64,000 nt of DNA, taken from assembly GCA_963724295.1 (NCBI GenBank), contig CAVRUC010000009.1:224001-288000 (forward strand), given 5' to 3'. The translations under genes were made by a program, and so were the position numbers. Shown in pieces: positions 41,082 through 51,223 of the stretch. Within the stretch, counting starts at the first letter, position 1, and every line of letters starts with the position of its first letter. The stretch comes from an uncultured Chloroflexia bacterium. Lineage in GTDB: Bacteria; Chloroflexota; Chloroflexia; Thermomicrobiales; UBA6265. The notes below the pieces were generated by a model. That model did not search any database. It was given only the letters and a program-made list of their open reading frames with translations, and was not told where the DNA came from.

Positions 41082-42461
41082 GTGCCGATCGTAGACCGAC
41101 GCGAATTTGGCGGGCGCTTCACCGTCAAGGAGAACTCGCAGCGCCTGGCAAACTACCGCTATCTCGAGATCCAGCTAATGGAGATGATCGGCGGCTGGTC
41201 GCACACCACGCCCCAGCTCGCCTTCAAGGCGACCTTCGGTTATCACGTCTTCGATCATGCCCAGGCCGCCGATCTACTCAGCGAGCGGCTGGAGCAGCTG
41301 CGGGCGGCGCGCACCAGCCAGGAGCCGGCCACCGACGAGTTCGCTCAGCTCTGCGAGCACGTCTGGCTCCTCCCCGACACCATCGACCGCCTGGTGGCGG
41401 TCTACCGCGTGCTGGAGCCGCATCTCATCAGCAGCTACGTCTACCACGCCGATGCCACTGATCCATTGACTGACGCCCCCACCGTGCGCCTCCTGCGCCA
41501 GCTTGCGGCGATGGGCCAGTCGCACGTCTCCTGGGGACAGGCCGTGCTCGACGGGCTGACCCGTTCCCCGGAGGACCGGCGGCGGGCCCTCGACACCCAG
41601 GCGGACCTCGAGGCTCGGCTGGTCGCCTGCGGCGGCGTGACGGGCCAGGGGATCGAGGCCCACTGGTTGACCTTCCACAGCGCCAAGGCGGAGGAGCGGT
41701 CCCCGGAGCGGATCAAGCGCGGCCGCGGCGGATACAAGTTCCGCAAATTCTCGCCACCGCTCGATCACCCGGTGGTCGAGGAGCCGCTCTGGTTCTCGGA
41801 CAAGCAGGAGGACTTCGCCGTCTACCAGACCGAGGACGAGTGGTCGCTGGAAGGGTTCCGCCACAAGTTCCACCAACTCCTCTATGGCGAGGTCGAGACG
41901 ACCGATCGCATGGGCAAGATGCTCGCCGAGTTCCCTGATCTCCCCTGGGAGATGCGCATGGAACTGGCGCACCAGATGTGGGACGAGGCCCGGCACATCG
42001 AGATCGTGGCCAAGGCGGTCGAGGAAGAGCTGGGGGGTGAGCTCGGCTACGGCCCCTGGACGCTGGTCTGGTGGTGGATGCAGAACGACCCCGATCCACT
42101 GAAGCGGATCACGGTCACCAACAGCTGGGCCGAAGCCAATCTCATGAACACCTTGCGCCAGTGGCGTACCGAGGCGGAGAAGCGTAGCTACACCCGCATC
42201 GCCGAGCTGGCTGACTATCTCCAGGCCGACGAACGCACCCACGTCCGGCTGGCCACCGACTGGATCCAGAAGCTGACCGAGGACGACCCCGCTCACCGCG
42301 ACGAGTTGGTCAGCTGGGGCCGTCAGGCCATCGGCCGCATCCAGGGCTTCCACGCCTCGCGTTACAAGGAGATGCCCGATCCCGACGAAGCCCGCTTCAC
42401 CTTCCTCAAGCCAAACAGCCACGCCGACGCCGCCATGGTCAGCCCCATCATCGGCGAATAG
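41082..42461 (+). CDS. Tandem ferritin-like (DUF455-like) diiron protein
   Basis: C-terminal half has GEVET...DEARH...EAN...ADERTH diiron motifs; N-terminal half is a degenerate copy (LEIQLME...DHAQAAD). Confidence 0.75.
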   Translation: MPIVDRREFGGRFTVKENSQRLANYRYLEIQLMEMIGGWSHTTPQLAFKATFGYHVFDHAQAADLLSERLEQLRAARTSQEPATDEFAQLCEHVWLLPDTIDRLVAVYRVLEPHLISSYVYHADATDPLTDAPTVRLLRQLAAMGQSHVSWGQAVLDGLTRSPEDRRRALDTQADLEARLVACGGVTGQGIEAHWLTFHSAKAEERSPERIKRGRGGYKFRKFSPPLDHPVVEEPLWFSDKQEDFAVYQTEDEWSLEGFRHKFHQLLYGEVETTDRMGKMLAEFPDLPWEMRMELAHQMWDEARHIEIVAKAVEEELGGELGYGPWTLVWWWMQNDPDPLKRITVTNSWAEANLMNTLRQWRTEAEKRSYTRIAELADYLQADERTHVRLATDWIQKLTEDDPAHRDELVSWGRQAIGRIQGFHASRYKEMPDPDEARFTFLKPNSHADAAMVSPIIGE

Positions 42462-42471
42462 CGGCCGCGGG

Positions 42472-42582
42472 AGGGTGACAGGTGATGGGTGACAGGGTCA
42501 CAGAGTGGCAAGGGGGCAGGGAGAACGACGCCACAACACCCCGCCACCCTGCCACCACGAGCGTAGCGAGTAATCACCCACC
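42472..42582. repeat. Family A palindromic repeat at the 5' end of the GH-like ORF
   Basis: Core CCACCACGAGCGTAGCGAGTAATCACCC nearly identical to the reverse complement of 18172-18199. Confidence 0.75.
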
Positions 42583-44692
42583 ACTGGCCAACAGCATGGA
42601 ACGCGGGGTCTACTTCGACGCCTGGTTTCCGGGTCAGCACTGCTACCACCCCAGCCTGCCGCCGCGGCGGCTGCGCATGGTCGAGCACCTGGTCGACTAT
42701 CACGCCACGGTCCTCGTCTGGGCGGCGCTCGGCGGTGGATCGATATCGCTCCCCCATCTCGAGCAAGAGGCCTTCGGCGAGATCGACCCTCGCTTCCGTT
42801 TCTATGGCTTCCTCAACGACGCCGAGTTCATCGCCGAATGCCGCAAGCATGGGGTGAAAGTCTTTGGCATCGTCTTCGAGGTCCAGGGCTGGGAGTTCCC
42901 GGTCGAGCTGAACGAGGCCGAGGATCGCATTCTGGCGCTCAACGAGACACGTGGCGCCGGAAAGCGCGACTGGCTAGGACTCAGAGAGTTCTCGCAGAAT
43001 CGCTACCCCAACCTCTGGCCCCCGCTCGAGCACTACTTTCCCGGCGGGTTGATCAACAGCGACGGTGAGCCGGTGCGTGACCTGCTCGACGAGGCCTGCT
43101 CGCGCGACATCTACGGCGTGCCCTGCCACGCGCACTGGGTGGAGTGCCCCGACCGGGAGCACTTCTGCTACACGATGGACCGCAATAACCCGGTCTGGCG
43201 CGAGTATCTGAAAGCGATCATCCGCATCCAGATCGACGCCGGCGTCGACGGCGTGCAGCTCGACGAGGCGGAGCTACCGCTGACGACCCTCCAGTACGGC
43301 GGCTGCTTCTGCAAGGACTGTCTCAAGGGATTCCGTGCGTACTTGGCGTCCTTGGCGGACGCAGACCTCCCGCCCGAGCTACAGGGCGGGGATCTGGCGA
43401 CCTTCCACTACGGAGAGTGGTTGCTGGCGCGAGGTTACGACTTCAAGACCGACCGGGAGGCGACTCCCCTCTTTGCCCACTATCTCCGCTTCCAGCGCGC
43501 CGCCATCACCCGCTACTTCGCCGAACTTGCCGAATACGCGCGGGACTACGCGACGAGCCAGGGCAAACAGGTGCTCGTCTCCGGCAACTTCTTCAACCTC
43601 CTCGACCAGTACTACGCCCTGGAGCCGAAGGTCGACCTGATCATCACCGAGATGCGCAACACGCGCTACCGGCAGCCGTCCTGGTACCGCTACGTGGCCG
43701 GGTTCGCCGGACCCAAACCGGTCGTGGTCGTGGAGAACCCGTACGGCGGGGTCGTCCCCGAGATGGTGGCGGACCTCAAAGCCGGCAAGGGGTACGACCG
43801 CTTCCGCATGTCCCTCTACGAGGCGGCCGCGCTGGGGGCGAACATGAGCGTGCCCTACGGAGCCTGGTTGGGCAGCGTCCAGCAGGACGCTTTCTACCCG
43901 CCGCACGAGCTCTGCGTCGAGATTCAGGATTTTCTGGCCAACAACGAGCCGCTCTTTAGCCGGCAGACCTGGAATGACATCGCCGTGGTCTACAGTATCG
44001 AGAGCGAGTTCCAGCGCCCCGCCCGGCGCGATCAGGTGGCCAACGACCCCCTCAACCTGGCCAGCGGCGGCACGATCCCCTTCTGGACGGTCTGCGACGC
44101 CCTCTGCGACGCGACCCAACCCTACGACGTCCTCTTTTTCCCGGATGGCGAGCTACGCAAGGACGCCCTGAGCCAACCTGATCTAGCACAGTACCGGACT
44201 GTGATTCTTCCCGACTGCGCTGTCCTGACCCCCGCCCAGGCCCGCCTCCTGCGCGATCTGCTCGCGGCTGGAACGCGCTTACTGGTCCTGGGTGAACTGG
44301 GAATCAACCTCCCTCAGGAGATGCTAGCGCCGATCATCAGTCACTCGGGAGTCCGTCGTATGCCAATTGCACCGGCGATAGTTGCCGACGATCTCCTCGA
44401 CGAGCCCCAGGTGCGGGTGAATCCCGGCGGCGACCTGATGATCACCCTACAGCGGGTCGACGCTGGAGTAGCAGTCCACGTCATCCGCTACGAATTCGAC
44501 GCGGATCAGGACCGCACGCCACCTCTGCCAGAATTGACCATCGAGCTGCGCCTGCCAGAACAATTCAATCGGCTATCGGTCCACAGCCCGAGCGGGGAGA
44601 TGACCGGATCGCTGGAGTACGACGGCCATCAGCTCCGGATCCATCTCCGCGACGTCCCGCTTTACAGCGTTGCGTTGGTCCACCCCGACTGA
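42482..44692 (+). CDS. Uncharacterised glycoside hydrolase-like TIM-barrel protein with GH42-like Cys cluster and trimerisation-like domain
   Basis: NNPVWREYL, DGVQLDE and GCFCKDC; C-terminal IAVVYS...YDVLFF...YRTVILPD; conserved part probably begins at ATG 42596. Confidence 0.6.
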   Translation: MMGDRVTEWQGGRENDATTPRHPATTSVASNHPPLANSMERGVYFDAWFPGQHCYHPSLPPRRLRMVEHLVDYHATVLVWAALGGGSISLPHLEQEAFGEIDPRFRFYGFLNDAEFIAECRKHGVKVFGIVFEVQGWEFPVELNEAEDRILALNETRGAGKRDWLGLREFSQNRYPNLWPPLEHYFPGGLINSDGEPVRDLLDEACSRDIYGVPCHAHWVECPDREHFCYTMDRNNPVWREYLKAIIRIQIDAGVDGVQLDEAELPLTTLQYGGCFCKDCLKGFRAYLASLADADLPPELQGGDLATFHYGEWLLARGYDFKTDREATPLFAHYLRFQRAAITRYFAELAEYARDYATSQGKQVLVSGNFFNLLDQYYALEPKVDLIITEMRNTRYRQPSWYRYVAGFAGPKPVVVVENPYGGVVPEMVADLKAGKGYDRFRMSLYEAAALGANMSVPYGAWLGSVQQDAFYPPHELCVEIQDFLANNEPLFSRQTWNDIAVVYSIESEFQRPARRDQVANDPLNLASGGTIPFWTVCDALCDATQPYDVLFFPDGELRKDALSQPDLAQYRTVILPDCAVLTPAQARLLRDLLAAGTRLLVLGELGINLPQEMLAPIISHSGVRRMPIAPAIVADDLLDEPQVRVNPGGDLMITLQRVDAGVAVHVIRYEFDADQDRTPPLPELTIELRLPEQFNRLSVHSPSGEMTGSLEYDGHQLRIHLRDVPLYSVALVHPD

Positions 44693-44715
44693 GCCCGGTA
44701 GCCCGGCTATCTGAT

Positions 44716-44754
44716 GCAGGTCGGCGGCGTGATCCAATCACGCCGCCGACCTGC
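44716..44754. terminator. Perfect 18-bp hairpin between convergent genes
   Basis: GCAGGTCGGCGGCGTGAT-CCA-ATCACGCCGCCGACCTGC. Confidence 0.7.
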
Positions 44755-44802
44755 CAGGGCTCGCTTCCGCGCCAGTCCCGCCCTTGCGAGCGGGGGGACT
44801 GA

Positions 44803-45210
44803 CTACCCCATCTGCGTCGTGCGTTCTGGCCGCACGACAACCACGACCCGAGTCTCGCCCGGGGGGCTGCCTGTGTAGACATCCTGATCGTGGTACTTCT
44901 TGGCCATGCTGTTGATGAACGCCTTGTCCGGGTCCGGGTCGACGCGCTCGACGGTGCCGCGGATCTCCAGGTATCGATACGGGTTGGTCTCGTCGACGAT
45001 CGAGATGGCGACGCGAGGGTCGCGCTCGAGATTGCGCACCTTCTGCCGGGTGGTCGTCTGGCTGAACCGGATGTAGCCATCCTGGTGATCGAACCAGACC
45101 GGATTGTTCTGCGGCTCTCCGTTGGGCCCGATGGTGGCCACATGGGCAAGCACCTTCTGATCGAGGATGTCGGCGTGGGTTGTGGGGATGACGGTACTCG
45201 TTATCGACAC
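44803..45210 (-). CDS. PPOX-class F420-dependent oxidoreductase
   Basis: HVATIGPNGEPQNNPVWF, QKVRNLERDPRVAISI and NPYRYLEIRG. Confidence 0.92.
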   Translation of the reverse strand: MSITSTVIPTTHADILDQKVLAHVATIGPNGEPQNNPVWFDHQDGYIRFSQTTTRQKVRNLERDPRVAISIVDETNPYRYLEIRGTVERVDPDPDKAFINSMAKKYHDQDVYTGSPPGETRVVVVVRPERTTQMG

Positions 45211-45366
45211 TGATTCACTCCTGACGGTGCAACCGGCTACTCATGAGCTGCCTTGTGCAGCCGATGAGCATTGTTGCATGAGGTGGGCCATCTGAGAGGA
45301 ACCGGGACGCTTCAGGCGATGCCAATGTCGTTCCCGGTCGCCGCTTTGGCTCGCTGTTCTGGCTCT

Positions 45367-46893
45367 TCAGGGCATTGACGTCGAAGCGGCGGAGCTGAGC
45401 TCAATTTGCCGGCGAGCTTGCCGCCAGCGGATCACCAGCGGCGCCACGAGCGCGATCGCGGCGAGAACGAGGATAGCCGCCGAGATGGGACGGGTGAAGA
45501 AGGTGGTGTAGTTGCCCTGGGCGATCTGTAAGGCGCGCCGGAAATGGTCCTCGGCCACCGGACCGAGAATCATCCCGACGACTGCCGGCGCCACAGGGAT
45601 GTCGAAGCGGCGCATGGCGAAGCCCAGCGCACCCAAAAGGTAGAGCACCACCAGATCGACCGTTGAGCCGCTCAACGCATAGGTGCCCAACCCGGCGAAG
45701 ACGAGGATCGAGGCGTAGAGCAGGGGCCGCGGGATCGCCAGCAGTCGCACCCAGACACCCGCCAGCGGCAGATTGAGGATAAGCAGCATGACGTTGCCGA
45801 TGTAGAGGCTGGCGATGAGTCCCCAGACGAGTTCCGGGTCGGAGCGGAAGAGGGTCGGTCCCGGGTTGAGCCCGTAGCGCTGGAAGGCGGCCAGCAGGAT
45901 CGCCGCCGTCGCCGAGGTCGGCAAGCCCAGGGTCAGCAATGGCGCCAGCACCCCGGCCGCGGACGCATTGTTCGCGGCCTCGGGTCCGGCAACTCCCTCG
46001 ATAGCCCCCTGTCCGAATTCCTCCGGGTGCTTTGACAGCCGCTTCTCCAGCGCGTAGGAGAGGAAGGTCGGGATCTCCGCGCCCCCAGCCGGCAGGCTAC
46101 CGATGGGAAAGCCGAGCGCCGTCCCTCGTAGCCACGGTTTCCAGGAACGGGCCCACTCTTGCCGCGTCATCCAGACGGTTCCCTTGACGGGGATGATCTG
46201 GTCCGGATCGTGACGCATGTGCGAGGCGACCCAAAAAGTTTCCCCAACAGCAAATAGCCCAACGGCAACGGTGACGACGTCGATGCCGTCCAGAAGCTGC
46301 GGGATGCCGAAGGTGAAGCGACTCTGGCCGGAGAGGGTGTCGATGCCGATCAAACCCAGTGCCAGCCCGAAGAAGAGGCTGAGCATCCCCCTCGCCACCG
46401 AGCTGCCCAGCAGGGCCGTGATGGTGGTGAAAGCGAGGACGACCAGCGCGAAGTACTCGGCCGGGCCAAACGTGAGTCCAATCTGCACCATCACCGGGGC
46501 CAGGATGGTCAGACCGATGGTACCGATGGTGCCGGCCACGAAGGAGCCTATGGCGGCAGTCGCCAGCGCCGCCGCACCACGCCCGCGTTTGGCCATCTGG
46601 TTGCCTTCGAGTGCAGTGACGATCGAGGCCGATTCGCCCGGGGTGTTGAGAAGAATCGAGGTGGTCGAGCCGCCGTACATGCCGCCGTAATAGATGCCGG
46701 CGAACATGATGAACGCGCTGATTGGCTCTAGTTTGTACGTCACCGGAAGGAGCAGAGCGACCGTTAGCGCCGGCCCGATTCCAGGCAACACACCGACCGC
46801 CGTCCCCAGCAGCACCCCGATCAGCGCCCAGACCAGGTTCTCCGGCGTCAACGCCACCTGAAAACCATTAGCCAGGTCGACGAGTGCACCCAT
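45367..46893 (-). CDS. tctA: Tripartite tricarboxylate transporter large permease
   Basis: [21 protein letters not shown] and GPEAANNA. Confidence 0.95.
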   Translation of the reverse strand: MGALVDLANGFQVALTPENLVWALIGVLLGTAVGVLPGIGPALTVALLLPVTYKLEPISAFIMFAGIYYGGMYGGSTTSILLNTPGESASIVTALEGNQMAKRGRGAAALATAAIGSFVAGTIGTIGLTILAPVMVQIGLTFGPAEYFALVVLAFTTITALLGSSVARGMLSLFFGLALGLIGIDTLSGQSRFTFGIPQLLDGIDVVTVAVGLFAVGETFWVASHMRHDPDQIIPVKGTVWMTRQEWARSWKPWLRGTALGFPIGSLPAGGAEIPTFLSYALEKRLSKHPEEFGQGAIEGVAGPEAANNASAAGVLAPLLTLGLPTSATAAILLAAFQRYGLNPGPTLFRSDPELVWGLIASLYIGNVMLLILNLPLAGVWVRLLAIPRPLLYASILVFAGLGTYALSGSTVDLVVLYLLGALGFAMRRFDIPVAPAVVGMILGPVAEDHFRRALQIAQGNYTTFFTRPISAAILVLAAIALVAPLVIRWRQARRQIELSSAASTSMP

Positions 46894-46953
46894 GCTAGTG
46901 GAGTCGGTAAGTTGGTAAGTCGGTGAGTCGGGAAGTAGACGGCAAAACGCCTC

Positions 46954-46977
46954 GTAGGGGCGACGCCTGCGTCGTCC
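46954..46977 (+). repeat. GTAG-type REP palindrome
   Basis: GTAG-GGGCGACGC-CT-GCGTCGTCC; matches the 14474 copy. Confidence 0.6.
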
Positions 46978-47023
46978 GCCGACTCCAGGCCAGTCGGCTC
47001 ATGGGTCTCGTCACGCCGCCCAT

Positions 47024-47548
47024 CTAGACGATCCCCTCCAGAATCCCGGCTGGTAGCGACAAGCCGAGGCCACGGTTGAAGACGAGATAGAGCACCGTCG
47101 CCAGGATGACGCCGATCGCGATGTCACGCGCCGTGCGCCGACTTCCCATCGCGAACGCCGCCATGACGAAGAGGGTCGCGCTGGCGATGATGAATCCGGC
47201 CCGTTCGATCAAGAGCAGGTAGGCGAGCAAGGCCAGCGCCAGAAGACCGACCGTGCGCCAGTCCGTCGGCAGGGTGAGGTCGGCATCCTCAGATTCGGCG
47301 CTGCCCGTGGCAGCGCGGCCAGTGAGCGCCTCGTACGCGAGCCAGGCGCCGATGATCGCGAGACCCGCGCCGACTATGTACGGGATCACCCGCGGGCCAA
47401 CCTTGGCGTAGGCCGGGGTGAGCCGGATCAGAGTCGCCTGCCAGACGATCAGGATGCCGAAGACCACTGCCGCCAGGGCCAGCAGCGTCTCACCGATGTC
47501 GACTCGCCGCTCCGTAGATGATGGGGTCATAGGGTGACGCCCGCTCAT
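47024..47548 (-). CDS. tctB: Tripartite tricarboxylate transporter small permease
   Basis: VGPRVIP, GFIIAS and LGLSLPAG; position between tctC and tctA. Confidence 0.9.
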   Translation of the reverse strand: MSGRHPMTPSSTERRVDIGETLLALAAVVFGILIVWQATLIRLTPAYAKVGPRVIPYIVGAGLAIIGAWLAYEALTGRAATGSAESEDADLTLPTDWRTVGLLALALLAYLLLIERAGFIIASATLFVMAAFAMGSRRTARDIAIGVILATVLYLVFNRGLGLSLPAGILEGIV

Positions 47549-47566
47549 TCTCGGCCCTCCTCCTCA

Positions 47567-47625
47567 GGCGCGGGAAGGGGTGAACCCCTCTCCCGTCGCA
47601 CTGGGAGAGGGGTTGGGGTGAGGGC
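47567..47625. repeat. Family B palindromic repeat
   Basis: CCCCTCTCCC...GGGAGAGGGGTTGGGGTGAGGGC as at about 17174-17217. Confidence 0.65.
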
Positions 47626-47630
47626 GAAAG

Positions 47631-48683
47631 TTAAGCGATCTGCCCGAGCTCAGTAAGAATGCCCGTGACGCGCTCCCGCTCCGTGTCGAGGAGGGCGGAG
47701 AACTCGTCACCGGACATGGCAAAGTCCTGCCAGCCGTACTGCTCGCGCGTCTGCGCCCACCCTTCCGAGGCGACCATCTGCTCGACCAGAGCGATGAGGC
47801 AGTCCCGACCCTCGTCCGAGATCTCGGGCGGCGCGACCACCCCGCGCCAGTTCGCCAGCTCGACGTCGATGCCCTGCTCTTGCAGCGTCGGTGCGATGGC
47901 CGCGTCCGCACTGGCTACCGGTGTGGCGCCGCCCGCCTCGTCCCCCGCGGTTCCGGAGACCGCCAGGGCCCGCAGTTCGCCCGATTCGATTTGATCCATC
48001 CACTCGCCGACGCCGGAGACACCGGCCGAGACTTGCCCGCCAAGGATCGCTGCCAGCGCTTCGCCGCCGCCGGAGAAGGGCACGTAGTTGATCTGGGTAG
48101 GATCGACGCCGACAGCCTGGGCGATCAGCCCGACGAGGATGTGATCGGTACCACCGGCCGATCCACCTCCCCAGGAAATGGCGGTTGGGTCCGCCTGGAA
48201 GGCGGCGATGAGTTCGTCGAGCGTCTGGTACTCCGAATTGGCCGGGACGACGATGACTTCGAACTCGGCGGTAAGACTGGAGATCGGCGTCGTCTGCTCC
48301 AGCGTCACCGGCGAGGCGTTGGCGGCGATGGCGCCGATCATCACCAGCCCCATCATCATCAGATGGTGGTCGTTGCCAGCTTGGTCGTTGACGAGCTGGG
48401 CGATGCCGACGGTGCCGCCAGCGCCTTCGACGTTATAGACCTCGACCGCCGGCGCGATGCCCTCTTCCTGCAAGACGCGCTGCATCTCGCGAGCCGTGGT
48501 GTCCCAACCACCTCCCGGCGCCGCGGGGGCCATGATTTCGATCGGGGTGTCGGCGAAGCCTTCGACGGCGCAGTTCGCCTGTGCGGAGACCGGGGCGAGC
48601 GGCGCGGAAACAGCGGCGACCGCCGGCGCCAGAACCATCGCAATGAGGACAAGCAGCAGGGTGCCGAATCGCGGGGATCGCAT
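47631..48683 (-). CDS. tctC: Tripartite tricarboxylate transporter substrate-binding protein (Bug family)
   Basis: PAAPGGGWDTTAR, NVEGAGGTVG and NWRGVVAPP; signal peptide. Confidence 0.93.
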   Translation of the reverse strand: MRSPRFGTLLLVLIAMVLAPAVAAVSAPLAPVSAQANCAVEGFADTPIEIMAPAAPGGGWDTTAREMQRVLQEEGIAPAVEVYNVEGAGGTVGIAQLVNDQAGNDHHLMMMGLVMIGAIAANASPVTLEQTTPISSLTAEFEVIVVPANSEYQTLDELIAAFQADPTAISWGGGSAGGTDHILVGLIAQAVGVDPTQINYVPFSGGGEALAAILGGQVSAGVSGVGEWMDQIESGELRALAVSGTAGDEAGGATPVASADAAIAPTLQEQGIDVELANWRGVVAPPEISDEGRDCLIALVEQMVASEGWAQTREQYGWQDFAMSGDEFSALLDTERERVTGILTELGQIA

Positions 48684-48846
48684 CGTCGCTCCTCTCACCG
48701 TCAATCACCTCTGATCGCCGGCCGTGGCCCTCATCGCGAGGGCTGGGAGTCGGCTTGCTTTGTAGCACATCCGAGGCCAGTGAATGCGGTCATCGCCGTT
48801 GCGGCGGAGACCAGTGGCACGTCCGCGCACCCGAGGAGTGACGTTG

Positions 48847-49416
48847 TCAGGCTTGATGTGCTCGCAGCCACGCCGCCACGTTCGCGGCGTCCGCATCAGG
48901 CGGGAAGACCGGATAGAAGACGGTTTCGATTGCGCCGTCCCTGATGACCAGGGTCAGCCGCTTGATGAGCGTCATGCCATCGACCGCGAAGGTAGGGAGA
49001 GCCAGGGCTGTCGCGAGCTCTAATCGCTCGTCGCTGAGGAGCGGAAAGGGCAGGTGCAGACGTGCCACGGCTTCCCGCTGGTAGGCCGTGTCCTGGGAGC
49101 TCAACCCGAAGACGCGTGCGCCCAGGGCCGCGAGCTCCGCCGCGAGGTCGCGATACGCACACGACTGCGGCGTGCAGCCGCGAGCGCCGGGGATCTCATC
49201 CCAGCCGGTCGGCAGGGGCTGATCCGGCCGCCCAGTGCGGGGATAGACGTAGACCACGCTCCGCCCAGGGAGTGTCGAGAGGTCGACCACTGCGCCATCG
49301 GTGGCCGGCAGCGCCAACGCAGGCAGCCGCATCCCCGGCAGCTGATCGCAGGCGCCATCGTCGACCGGGACGGGTAGATCGGCCGGCAGGTCCAGCAGAT
49401 GGCGCGGCTCAGTCAC
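48847..49416 (-). CDS. Peroxiredoxin (BCP/Dot5-like)
   Basis: LPVPVDDGA, VYPRTG and GARGCTPQSC; GTG start overlaps the TetR stop. Confidence 0.9.
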   Translation of the reverse strand: MTEPRHLLDLPADLPVPVDDGACDQLPGMRLPALALPATDGAVVDLSTLPGRSVVYVYPRTGRPDQPLPTGWDEIPGARGCTPQSCAYRDLAAELAALGARVFGLSSQDTAYQREAVARLHLPFPLLSDERLELATALALPTFAVDGMTLIKRLTLVIRDGAIETVFYPVFPPDADAANVAAWLRAHQA

Positions 49417-50071
49417 AGGCGGTTTCCTCATCGGCGGAGCGGTCCCGGTAGGAGATGCCGGTGAACGCCTCCAGTATGCCGCGCACCTGGTCTTCCAGCG
49501 GCGGCCAGGGGAATCCCGTCGTACTCCATCGCAAGTCAACGACCCCATGCAACGCCGACCAGATATCGGTCGCGATGCGGAACGGGTCACCCGGCCGCGC
49601 CACCCCAGCCGCGATACAGGCGGTCACACTGTCGACAAGTGTCTGGAATGCGGCAGCGCCCGAGGTCCCAGCGAACTCAGGGTCTTTGATGTCTGGTCGT
49701 GGCGTATTGAACAGCAACTTGTAGGAACCTGGCTGCTCCACGGCGTAACGGCAGTAGGCGAAACAGCCGGCGAGGAGGCGAGAGGCAGGGTCGTGCCCGG
49801 ATGCCACTTCGTTTTCGATTGCCCGTAGCAATGCCGCGAAGTGCGTGCTCACCACCACGCGCAGCAGATCCTCCTTGCTCGCGAAGTGCAGGTAGACCGA
49901 CGGCGCCGCGACCCCGGCTTCCCGCGCCACACCGCGCAAGGAGATCGAATCGACGTCGTCGTCCGCGGCTAGCAGCCGTCCGGCGGCGGCGATCAGCTCG
50001 TCTCGCAGCCGTGCCCCCTCGCCCTGCGGATTCCGTTCTCGGGTCCGCTCGCCGCTCGTACCCATGATCAT
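49409..50071 (-). CDS. TetR/AcrR family regulator (WHG-type C-terminus)
   Basis: SLRGVAREAGVAAPSVYLHF HTH; WSALHG. Confidence 0.93.
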   Translation of the reverse strand: MIMGTSGERTRERNPQGEGARLRDELIAAAGRLLAADDDVDSISLRGVAREAGVAAPSVYLHFASKEDLLRVVVSTHFAALLRAIENEVASGHDPASRLLAGCFAYCRYAVEQPGSYKLLFNTPRPDIKDPEFAGTSGAAAFQTLVDSVTACIAAGVARPGDPFRIATDIWSALHGVVDLRWSTTGFPWPPLEDQVRGILEAFTGISYRDRSADEETACD

Positions 50072-50107
50072 GCTCTTTCGTGTCGTTACTCGGCTCCAGC
50101 CACTGGC

Positions 50108-50158
50108 TTGACGAACTCCCTAACATGCGTTAGGATAACACAACCTAACAGGCGTTAG
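50108..50158 (+). promoter_or_regulatory. Promoter with two TetR-type operators
   Basis: TTGACG-N17-TAGGAT; palindromes CCTAACATGCGTTAGG (50119-50134) and CCTAACAGGCGTTAG (50144-50158). Confidence 0.75.
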
Positions 50159-50230
50159 TAACTATTGCCGCCTCTATCCGCCCGGGACAGTGACGGACGA
50201 CCGCCGTTCTAAAGCGAGCAGGAGTCTCTT

Positions 50231-51205
50231 GTGGCCACCATATTCGCCCCACTATCCCTCTCGACGCGACGCGAGCTAACCAGCGAAGTCTGGCGACGCA
50301 ATCCTCCGCTCGCCGCGCTGGTGGTCTCGATGCTGGTCCTTGCTGCCGTGGCGCTCCTGGGGCTGGTCGTCGATCCACGGGTCATTACCGGTGCCCCCGC
50401 GTGGATGAAGCCGCTGAAGTTCGCGATCTCGATCGCCATCTATGGCGCGACGCTCCTCTGGCTGCTCACGTTCATCCCGGATCGGCCCCGGCTCGTGGCG
50501 GCGATCAGTTGGGGAGTGTTCCTTGCGTTGGGCATCGAGATGGTGCTCATCGTGATGCAAGTGCTGCGCAACACCACGAGTCACTTCAACCAGGCGACAC
50601 CCTTCGACGCTGCCGTGTTCAGCACCATGGGCAGCGTCATCGCTGGACTATGGGTGCTCAATGCCATCGTCGCTTTCCTCCTGGCGCGCCGGCGCTTTGC
50701 CGAGGCCCCGATCGTCTGGAGTGTTCGCCTCGGACTGATCGCCGGTCTGCTCGGGATGGCAGTCGCCGTCTTGATGACTCTTCCCACTCCCGAGCAAGAC
50801 GCAATGGACGCCGCCACCGGATCGTCATCCATCGTCGGCGCGCACTCCGTCGGTGTTGAGGACGGGGGACCGGGCATGCCGGTGGTCGGTTGGAGCACGG
50901 AGGGCGGGGATTTGCGGGTGCCGCACTTCGTCGGTCTGCACGGCCTGCAGGTTCTGCCGCTCCTCGGACTGGCGCTGGTGCGCTTTGGTCCTGCTTGGCT
51001 GCCCATGCGGGACCGCTCGCGGCTGATTGGTGTCGCGGCGGCGTTCTGGATCGCCTTGACATTTCTCCTCGCCTGGCAAGCGCTACGGGAGCAACCACTG
51101 ATCGCACCTGATGCCCTGACGCTGTTGGCCCTTGGTCTGCTGGTCGCGACGACCGCGGGCGTTACCGGCGTGGTGCTGGCACGGGCACGCAGAGCGGGCG
51201 CCTGA
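50231..51205 (+). CDS. Conserved multi-pass membrane protein of unknown function
   Basis: WMKPLKFAIS, SHFN and GGDLRVPHFVGLHGLQ; about 8 TM segments. Confidence 0.8.
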   Translation: MATIFAPLSLSTRRELTSEVWRRNPPLAALVVSMLVLAAVALLGLVVDPRVITGAPAWMKPLKFAISIAIYGATLLWLLTFIPDRPRLVAAISWGVFLALGIEMVLIVMQVLRNTTSHFNQATPFDAAVFSTMGSVIAGLWVLNAIVAFLLARRRFAEAPIVWSVRLGLIAGLLGMAVAVLMTLPTPEQDAMDAATGSSSIVGAHSVGVEDGGPGMPVVGWSTEGGDLRVPHFVGLHGLQVLPLLGLALVRFGPAWLPMRDRSRLIGVAAAFWIALTFLLAWQALREQPLIAPDALTLLALGLLVATTAGVTGVVLARARRAGA

Positions 51206-51223
51206 GGGTCAGAAGACCGTGAT

